This document shows, piece by piece, positions 37,725 through 48,100 of a DNA stretch of 64,000 bases. The translations under genes were made by a program, and so were the position numbers. The DNA is from Perkinsus olseni (lineage: Eukaryota): positions 1-64,000 of the forward strand of contig JABANN010000101.1 in the NCBI GenBank assembly GCA_013115125.1, written 5' to 3'. The first letter of the stretch is position 1, and every line of letters begins with the position of its first letter. The notes under the pieces were generated by a model that was not told the origin of the DNA, searched no databases, and saw only the letters and a list, made by a program, of their open reading frames with translations.

Positions 37725-39180
37725 ATGGCCCTCGCCCTGACACGGAGGTGTCTCGCTAGCAATTCGCGTACTATAAGCTTCCCGAGCCGTGCTGGGTATG
37801 CGGCCAAAGCCTCCAAGGGGCCCTCTGAAAACATGAACATGTTTATGGCTATCAACTCTGCAATGACGGTGGCCATGGAGGAGAATCCGAAAACCGTGAT
37901 GTTCGGTAGCGCGCTTTACTCATTACTACGCATACATTATGAGCCACGGTTTGCAGGCGAGGACGTCGCTTTCGGAGGAGTCTTCCGTTGTTCGGTTAAC
38001 ATGAGAGAGCGATTCGGCCCCAGTCGAGTTTTTAATTCTCCACTCACGGAGCAGGTGGGATGGCTAGCAGCGATACCTAATGCCGGGGCTTCTCCATCGC
38101 GTTGGCATCTGTAGGGTATTGCAGGATTCGCCTTCGGGATGGCTGCCACTGGACAGCATGATGTCATTGCTGAGATGCAATTCGCTGACTACATCTTTCC
38201 GGCATTCGATCAAATTGTTAATGAAGGCGCGAAGTAGACCCATCCGAATACTGCTGCATGCTACAGTGCTAGCTGAAGGTATCGCTATCGCTCGTCTGGT
38301 GCATACCACGTCGGGGGTGTCACGTTCCGTGCTCCTTGCGGCGCGGTCGGGCACGGAGGGCTCTACCATAGTCAAAGCGTCGAAGCGTTTTTCGCTCACT
38401 GCCCTGGGATAAAGGTGCGATTCGTCACTTGCGGAGCGCTTGTGAGTTGGGTGGATTGCAGATTGCCATACCACGCTCGGCGCTGCAAGCGAAGGGTCTC
38501 CTTCTAGCGTGTATAAGAGACAGAAACCCATGCATCTTCTTCGAACCCAAAGCTCTCTACAGGGCTAGCAGCGACGAGGTGCCAGTCGGGGACTTCGAAA
38601 TCCCACTTGGAGAAGCTGACATCGTTAGAGAGGGTAATTGAGCCTAATCTTATGATCGGAGAGCGAATGCTGACGTGCAGGGTCGGATGTAACGGTTATC
38701 GCTTGGGGCAATCAAGTTCACAAGTGCATGGATGCCGCCGACATGGTCACCAAAGAGGGCATATCGACTGAAGTACTATAATTTACCATGATCGAGCCCC
38801 CCTACTTCTCGTTTGCAGGTGGTGGATCTGCAGACTATCCTCCCTTGGGATCGCGAGGCTGTGGTTAAATCGGTCAAAAAGACCGGAAGATGCATCATTG
38901 CTCACGAGGCGCCGATGACCAACGGATTCGGTGAGGGTTTATATCTTCGGACTGACTCGTTCCTCTCGAGAGGATGACCCATCGTGTAGCTTTTTTTCTT
39001 GTATCCACCACAGGTGCTGAGCTAGCAGCGAAGGTACAGGCCGACTGCTTCCTCTCGCTTCTGGCTCCTGTCAACCGCGTGACGGGCTTTGACACTCCTT
39101 TCCCTCTGGCATGGGAAGAATTCTATGTGCCCAACAAGCATCGTGTTGCCGATGCGATCAGAAACACTGTAAACTTCTGA
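37725..39180 (+). CDS. BCKDHB: Branched-chain alpha-keto acid dehydrogenase E1 beta subunit, multi-exon
   Basis: [92 protein letters not shown] and [10 protein letters not shown]. Confidence 0.95.
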
Positions 39181-39581
39181 ATGCAAAGATTTTTTATGGG
39201 TGTTTCTCAATGAGTGAGGAAGTTGTTCAGTTCCGGGCACTCGAAGCCAGTAGAAGTTACATCGGTTTGAACGTAAGTCTACCCTGAATCATATAATGGT
39301 GCAGTCTCGAATGAAGAAGCAAGTGCATCCCTGCCAGCGCAGAGCGCATCCGATGGAGTTCGGAGGAAAACAATCACATGTCTTGCATGACCATCGTAGG
39401 GCTACCAGTTCCACGCCCATCTTGATTGTCGCCGTCATAATCATTATCGAGGGCACTGATCAGTGCCTCCCGCCCAACGTGATAACGTGCAGCACTATTA
39501 ACGCAGCGAGCTTGTATCTCCACAACAGACAACATTATGTATGCACAAAATGATAACTTCAATAGTGAAATGTTCGTACAG

Positions 39582-42500
39582 TCACTTAGCTGTATAGCCC
39601 ATCTTTGCGTAGTAACTCTTCAGTATGCTAGCTCGGAGATTCCCGAGTTTTACTATTACCTGCCACAACTCTCATTCATTTATCGCGATAGTTCATATTA
39701 TAATAATCAGAAAAACGATGCTCAAACTCACCTCATCTACGGTCTCCTGATCGTGCCCGCAGTCTCGCAATGCCCGGGCCACCAGTTGTAAGAAACAGTC
39801 GATGTGGTAGTCAGTGATGGCCAACACGGCGTGGATCTCCTCGAGTGACCGGCCGCTGTAGTCGGACGGTCCACCCAAGGTTTTTATGATGAAGTCCGTT
39901 TGGGCTTGCTTAATTGCTTTCAACTTGGCGCCGGTGAAGAACTGGTTGAGCCTCCTATCTCGTTCAACGCATTCGTAAAGTCGAGTGACGAACTCCTCAA
40001 TCCCTTCAAGGCCGCCCAGCCTCGAGAAGAGTTGGTCCTCACCTGCTCAGAACCGCCATCATTTCGCGTCAAACTGGCAGCTGCAACTCACCATCCTGAC
40101 CATCTCGTTTTTGCGCTAACTCTCGGCGGAGCGCGAAGCCCGTTGTAATGTCGCTCCTCACGCTGTTCATCACCTAAGGTACGAAATGACCTCGTCAGGG
40201 TGACCAGGGCAGTACCATGACAGCATCATCGATGGTATCAGGATCGATGTCTATCTCTTGACAGCTCTCCGTGAAGCAATCCAGCATCTGTCGGTATAGG
40301 AATGAGATGATTATATCCACTGTATCCTCGCCCTACTGCATCAACATGATAATCTGTGATGTTCATGTTATAGTGAGCGGGCTTGATCCCTGCTGGGTCG
40401 TAATGCTTCGGACCTCCGAACGCCCCCGCCAGATGTTGGTACCTTCCAATGGGACCTTCGACGATGAAGCATGACACAGGCCACTACATCTTCTGTTTGA
40501 GCGCGCGGATCTTAGCCTTCCCTTTGTCCAGGAAGAAACGTATCCTATCATCAGTCATCGCCTTATCGAACCTACTCATCCAGTGCCCTGCAATTCCCTT
40601 TCCTGCGGCCCTACATGGACTCAGTGATGGCTTCCAAGTTCATGTCACCACCTAGCCGCTCGATGACCGATTTGCCGTCCTTCACCTTCATCTGTGCGGC
40701 GAGCGCGGCCTCGTCTGAAATTATCTCATCGCCACCTTGGACCTTACCGAGACTGACTTACTGCCATCTCGTCCTAAGACCGTTAATCGTAGGGGTTCGA
40801 TCGTGATGAGAACCTCATCGATGAGATTCTCGTCCATGCCGAGGCCCATCATAGCCTTCTGAAAGTCGCTGCAGAAGCAGTCGAAATGGTAGTCCGTGAC
40901 GTCGAGGTTTTTATGAATCTCTGCCAGGTCCCGACCTGTGAGACTCCTCTCCATCACACCTCTTGCAACGCTCTTCTTACCATTGTAGACCTTAGGGCCT
41001 CCGAGCAGTTCCACGAGGACGAGCGTCTGGCCCTCTCGGATCTTCTCTAAGGTGCCATCACCGAAGAAGTCCTTTATCCGGGCATCACCAGCCACTAATT
41101 GATACCTGTCATCATGGCTCCAAAGGATGCTGCCAAACGTGGATAGTTCGTACAAACTGTCAAGTAGCTTGAGGATGCCCTCTTTTCCACCCATCCGCTC
41201 GTACAGGTGGTCAAGACCTACGAGGAGAATAAGGTCCTTCGATTGGACAGAATCCCCTCAACGCACACTCTGTCTACACCGACCGGAGAGGATGGATGCA
41301 GCAATTACTACCTTTCTCGACGTTCTTCCTGGCCATCTCAGAGCGGACTGTGTAACCGGTAGTGATATCAGCCCTGACAGGCTGCAACAAGGCCATGAAC
41401 TCTCGTGCAAGGGCCTTGTCAACTTTGAGGTCTTCCAGCAGAGTGATGGCCAGGAGGCCGAGCATGGTGTCGAAGTGGAAGTTGGATATGTTCATAGAAT
41501 AGTGAGCAGGTCTGAGGAACATCGTTATGGGGAGTTTCCAGTAGATCAGACCCACTTGAGATCGCTAGCATCGTATCCGGTCGGTCCTCCCGTCAGTGCG
41601 GACACGAATTGGGCCATCTTCTTCTTAACACTGGCTACCTTCGCTTTGTTCTTCTCAAAAAAGAAGCGCAGCCTGTCATCTATTAGCGCCTTATCGTATG
41701 CTGAATCCATCAGCTTAGTGATGGTGTACTCGCCGCCAAGACGGTCGTATCTGCCTTGCGATGGACAACGCAAGGTCGCTACCGCTGTTTACAAAGGTTT
41801 CTTGTTCGCTAACTCCATAGCCTTCTTGACGTCATGCTGCATGAGCTCTTTGTTAACGACGCTCCTCCGGACCGACTCCATCAAGACAACGCCTGCGAAG
41901 AGGAAAGGGACCCGTGGAGGGCCGAGCAATGCATGGTGATGATGATACTCACAATCGTCGATTGTATCCGGGTCCATGCCCATCTTGTCCAGAGCTACCT
42001 TTGCACAGTCAAGGAAGGAGTCGAAATGGAAGTCGGATATTTGGATGAGCGAATGAATTGATGGCAGATCACGACCAGTATAGTGAGCTGTGGATCCGAA
42101 GAGCTCCTTGAAGAAGATACCTTCACAGGAAGAGGCAGCAGCATACCACTCCATCCGCTGCTCGTCCATGCTCCTGGAGTACTACATTGACTCTCTTTCA
42201 CAGCATCCAACTTGGCTCCTTGGAAGAAGTGTTTGATCCTATCATCTCGTGTGACCAGAGCGTATAGATCATCCATGAACTTAGTGATGCCCTCATCCCG
42301 CCCTAGCTGGTTGAAGAGCCCCTCCGTACCTGGCCAACTGATACCGCAGGCAGCCGCCTCTATCCGTAGAAGCAGCTCACCGGAAGCCTCAGTCTTCTTC
42401 CTAGCGATCTCGTAGCGCACAGTACAACCACAAGTAATGTAGGACCGCAAGGTGGATATGACCTCAGAGATGTCGGCTACCACAGCGTCAGATAAGTCCA

Positions 42501-44972
42501 TCATTCCACATACTGCCTGGCAGAAGTCAGGAGCTCCTCAAGCAGCTGTGCGAGTGAAAATAGCCTCACTCGGAGATTCTCGACAACCGCATCGAATTGG
42601 TAATCGGTGATGTTGAGGTTGTAGTGAGCCGGCCTCAGTCGGGCGTAGTCGTAGGTCTTGGGACCACCGAGCAGACCGGTGAGGAGTTGAGTCTAATCCG
42701 GCAGAAAGATTCACACGCCTGACTCCACAGCGGAGAGGGCCTCACGAATTTGGTCTGTATGCCGCTCAACTTGGAAGGGTCTCTTGTGAAGAAGTACTTC
42801 ACGCGTGGGTCGACAACGCAGCCGGAGAACCTATGTCAGAGACTTTCATGGGGAAGGGGGAGCATGAGCAGAAGAGATACATAGTCTCAACAACAGCTTC
42901 CAGATTCATCTCCCCGCCTATCCTCTCAAGAATAGACTGCCCATCTACCATCTTGGTCTCGGCCCTCAAACCACGCCTCCTGTTCAGGACCTCATCACGC
43001 AGAGGCTCCATGGTGACTACTATCTGAAGAGGAGCTGGGGGTGTTGTGGTATGAGCATAGGAGGTGGGTGTAGGAAGGACCTCGTCGATAGTATCTTCGT
43101 CAACTCCCATGGCATTGAGGGCCTTTTCACAGTTCATAGTGAAGCAATCGAAGCCATAGTCATCAATCCCTAGACCACTGTGGATCTCAGCGAGGTCTCT
43201 GCCTGATCAGAGCAGGCTCGTCTTTCACAGTCATGAAGGGGAAGGGCGGACGGTTGACGCCTACTACCCTGCCACGCCTTAGGGCCGCCCAGAAGCGCAG
43301 TTATGTAGACCAGCTGGGCCTTCTTTATCCTGAAACACCAATGCCGATCTCGAAAGTGATAGACATGCCCCAGTCAACATGATGCGTTAAGCATAGGAGA
43401 GTGGAAGGCAGGGACTGCTGCGCGTCCGAGACTCACCCATCCAGATTCTTGCCCTCAAAATAAGATACCATCCTCTTGTCACCGATGAGTAGGTCGTAGA
43501 CGCGGTCCACAAAGTCGCGGATTCCATCAGCTTCCCCGAGCCTGCACACACCCTAGGTTTGGGAGACGACATAGGCGGCGCAGACAGGCACGACATGGCA
43601 GCGAGAGACCGGCAGATTTCCTACCGCATTGAATGCTTTGGGAGCGAAGTCAGGTCTAGCTGTAGCCGGAGCGAGCAGCAGCAGCAGCAGCAGCCATGAA
43701 CTTACCGCTTGAAGAGAGCATCGAGGCCCTTCTCAGTGCTCCTCCTGGCAAGCTCCATCCGGACAGTGCATCCCGTGGTGATGTCCTTCCTAGTTGCCGC
43801 TAAGACCCTCATCGCATCCTGAGGAGCCCGGCGGTGAGGGGCCCTGCAGCTGGACGTCCAGCCCTACTCTGACAGCATTGGCATGAGCTCCAGTAGCGAT
43901 GAATGTTTGGTGGAACATCTCCGCGAACTGAAAAGGGAGTGTGCAGGAGCAGCAGCAGCCACGGTAGGAAGGCTACCGCGTCGAAGTGAAAGTCGGTGAT
44001 GTTGAGCTGATAATGAATTGCTTTCAGCCCATCGTTATCGTATGTTGAGGCGCCGCCTGAATCGAACCCCTACTTCTGATCCACGACGGTCGAGCAGCTT
44101 CCCTACCAAACGCCCCCGCGAGGAACTGATGCATCTTCTTCTTAGTCGAGTCCATCTTCCTCTTGGTCTTATCAAAGTAGGCTCTAAAGGAGGACGACTT
44201 GGCTCCCCCTTCCCCTAGTCTCGGTCGTTTGAGCCTCGAACTTTGAGGCGTCGTTACTTCGTTCGACTGTCCTTCACAGCTTGAGCATAGGCCAGCTTCA
44301 CGCATGTCTCTATCGCTGTGTCACCACCTAGACGCTCGATCCTGAGCATAATAGGGGGGAAGGTGACGAGTCTTAGGTTGATCCGAGTAGCTCACAAGGG
44401 CCTAGATTTGTCGTCATTGCCCTTCAACTTCTTCCTCAATGCCTCCATGGTTGCCTCTGCTTCGAGGAGCTCATCATCTGCGCTGGTGGCGTCTTGCTTC
44501 TCGGCTTGTTCTCGTACTATCGACATGAACCTACATCAAAAGATGAGCTTCCCTGAACGTGGAGCCTTCATCCAACCAGCTGCACAACGACACGAGACGA
44601 GAGACCTACTTTATGGTACTATGTAACACCAATCTCAGTCTATCAGCCCGATCGGCGAATGAGTATGAACCGTATGCTTCCCATGCACGAGCAGGCCGCT
44701 GATACCCCCGCTTACCTGTCGAGCGTTTCCCGTGCCTTCCTCAGCTCACTCTGCACGTAATGTGCGTTGATGGGAGTCGTACCGTCCTCACCACCACCTG
44801 CCGCCGGTCCGACTTGCTGCTTGATAGCCTCCAGCTTGCCTAACTCCCAAGCCATACAGTCACAACGGGAGGTGTACTACTCACCGGTAACACTGGCCAT
44901 CTTGGTCCGCAGCTGCTGCAGGTCAGTATGCGCTCGTTCAACGTTGGTGATGAGACCAACGATGTCCGCCAT
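39582..44972 (-). CDS. Multidomain globin, paralog A: N-terminal helical leader plus 8 tandem group-I truncated (2/2) haemoglobin domains, many introns
   Basis: Start MADIVGLITNVERAHTDLQQLRTKM; stop after ...KSYYAKMGYTAK. Eight repeats of the trHb1 pattern L(F/Y)xRLGG...DxRxxxFF...LGGPxxY...H(F8)xxxxIxxxxFD. F8 contexts in order: AIH, EIH, PAH, SIH, PAH, EIH, PAH, EIH. Confidence 0.9.
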
Positions 44973-45107
44973 CTCGACTAAGCTCCACTACGGGACCCAG
45001 CTAATGAATTGACCAACACAACGATGAATGACCAGATGTATCGAAGAACACCGAACATGAGGAAGAGGCGAAGGCCGTCCATGGTATGGTTGCATGCATT
45101 CCAGAAG

Positions 45108-48100
45108 TCACTTTACACTATAGCCTTTCTTCTCATAATGTGCTGCTAGAATGTGTTTTCGGAGGCCTTCAAGCCGCACTAAAACCTGATTAGCACAACT
45201 CAGTGTCGCTGGTGCGCAGAGACAGCGAACGGACCTCATCGACAGAGTCACCGTCGTGCCCGCAGTCCCTGAGGGCCCTCGCCATGAGCTGGAAGAAGAC
45301 GTCCAAGTGGAAGTCGGTTATGGCCAAGACGGCGTGGATCTCCTCCAGTGATCGGCCATTGTAATCAGTCGGCCCGCCAAGGGTCTTTATTATGAAGTCA
45401 CTCTGCGTACGCTTGATAGCCTGTAGCTTCGCTCCAGTGAAGAAGTTGTTTATCCTCCTGTCCCGCTCAACGCACTCGTAAAGGCGTGTCACAACGTCTT
45501 CCACCGCCTCCATACCTCCGAGGCGAGCGAACAGCTGATCGTCGCCTGAAGACCGCGACCCTAGAGAGCCACTGCGGACCGGGTACCTACCATCGACATG
45601 ACCCCGTCTCTTGGCCAGCTCCATTCGAACCGTGCAACCTGCGGTGATATCGCTCCTGACACTATTGAGGACCTGAGAAGACGGCCGTCCAACGCTACCA
45701 AGGGAGGCAGAACTCACCAGACAGGCGTCGTCCACTGTATCCGCATCGACGTCCATCTCTTGGCACGTGTCAGCGAAACAGGCCAGAATCTACGCACGCT
45801 CTCAGCATTGGTACGGCAGGAGTCCACGACGCCCTCACCGCATCGAAGTGATAGTCGGTGATATTCATGTTGTAATGTGCGGGCTTTAGCTTATTCAAGT
45901 CGTACAGGGTCGGCCCACCCAGGGCGCCGCACATGAGCTGATACCTGATGGATGAACGCTGAGGAGGACGCGGAGAGGAAGGAAAGGAGTGGTATACATC
46001 TTCTGCTTTATTTGCCGAACTTTTTGCTTTCCTTTATCCAGGAAGAATTTCAGTCTGTCATCCACTTGAGCCTTTTCGTACCTGCCAGCAGAAGCACGAG
46101 CATCTCCCATAGTTGCCGAGGGTATCGACACGGAAGTCCAAGAGGCGAGGAGAGTTGTTACATCCCTTCCACTATCGTCTCGAGGTTCATATCCCCTCCC
46201 AGTCGCTCTATAACAGGCTTGCCGTTCTTCTGCTTCATTTGTTGCGCTAGAGCTGATTCACCTACCGAGAAGCACTTCCTAATGTCCTACCGTCAGGAGA
46301 GGGGAAGTTCCTTAAAAGTTGGTATCAAGCTGTTATCTATCAGCTTGTGATCGTACCATCGGCATCTAGAGGAATACAACAAGGCGCCTACCAGCATCTC
46401 TTCCCAGCACGGTATCTCGTAAGGGCTCCAAGGTGATGATAACCGCATCTACGAGGTCCTCATCTAGCCCTGCCCCGCTAAGTGCTTTATGGAAGTCTAC
46501 TAGGAAGGCATCGAAGTGGTAGTCTGTAACGCCCAGAGTCTTGTGGACAGCGACGAGGTCTCGACCTGAGCATCACGCCGGTTCGACTCCCACAGAATGT
46601 ATCTTAAAATGACTTCGAGCTACGGCACCTCGGTAAGTTTTAGGACCGCCGAGTAGCTCCACAAGGACTGTCGTCTGTGCATCCCTTATCCTCTCCAATA
46701 CACCCCCACCGAAGAACTCCTTTACCCTGGCATCCTCAGCGAGGATCTCGTACCTAAGGTGATGGTGTCGCATACTTTACGATATAGCACACACTGTGTG
46801 CCGCACAGTGAGGAGACGCCCGAGCGCCGAGTGACCTTATCAAATACGAGATTGTTTATTTGGATTAAATACAATTCTATACCGGAAGATTGAGCACTGG
46901 TATGACGGGAGCAGGAGATGAGGCTGTGAGAATGGTGGTAGCTTACAAGCTATCAATGACCTTTAGAAGACCGTCTCTGCCACCCATACGACCGAGGAAA
47001 TGATCAATACCTGACCCACTCAGCCAAGTACATCCTGTACCACGACTCCCTCACCACTACCGTCTACGACGACCTTCTTCCTAGCGATCTCCCCTCTGAC
47101 AGTGAAGCCTTTGGTGACGTCAGATCTCACCGGTTGTAAGGCCCTCAAGAGCTCTCTCGCCAAGGCCTTCTCCACACCAATATCGTTGAGTAGAGTGGTG
47201 GCCAGTATAGTGAGCATCGCGTCGAAGTGGAAATTGGTAATATTCATGCCATAGTGAGCCGGCCTGAGCGAAATCTAATACTGCCGAGCTTAGATCACCC
47301 TGCAGCAGTCACCGAGCGAACAGCTCTTACAGCAAGTCTTTTGCGTCGTAGGTGACGGGGCCGCCGATGAGGCCTCCGATGAACTGTGTCATCTTCTTCT
47401 TAATCGCCGTAACCTTCGCCTTGTTCTTCTCGAAAAAGCTGCGCAAACGGTCGTCTTGCAATGCCTTCTCGTACGCCAAGTCGATGAGCTTTTCCAGACT
47501 GTTCTCTCCACCCAAACGGTCGTAACTGAAGACACTATCGTCAAGGACAACATACGCCCCTCTGTCCTCCCCTACAGCGGCTTCTGATTGGCCATTTCCA
47601 ACGCCCTCTTCACATCGTGGTTCATCAGCTCCTTATTAACTATCTGTAGCCTCAACGACTCCATAAGCACTGTGCCTGAGAGGCAGAACATCAGACCCGT
47701 CAGCGAGCGACATGCCGGCCACGTTACAGTCATCGATGGTCTCGCTGTCAACTCCCATGGCTTGGAATGCTTCACGACAGGACTCCATGAATGAATCAAA
47801 GTGGAAGTCCGATATCTGTATCGTGCTGTGAATCTCGGGTAGATCACGGCCTCTGTACCCAGTCGAGGCACCGAACAACTGCTGGAAATACTTCCCTGAG
47901 TACAACAGCGACCTGGTCGTCTCCGTGAATCGATCGACAACGCATAATATGACGAAGAAGCAGGCAGCGTCCTTCCCACCTTGACTCTCCATCACAGCGT
48001 CCAGTTTGGAGCCTTGGAAGAAATGCTTAACCCTATCGTCAACAAGGACTCTATCATAAACCTTCGCGACCCAACTGACAACCCCTTCCTGCCCGCCGAG

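Noticed and set aside
41127-41939. 270-aa plus-strand ORF within the globin locus, and similar antisense ORFs over the flippases
   Set aside because: Antisense to well-supported exons and not protein-like; explained by codon bias on the coding strand.
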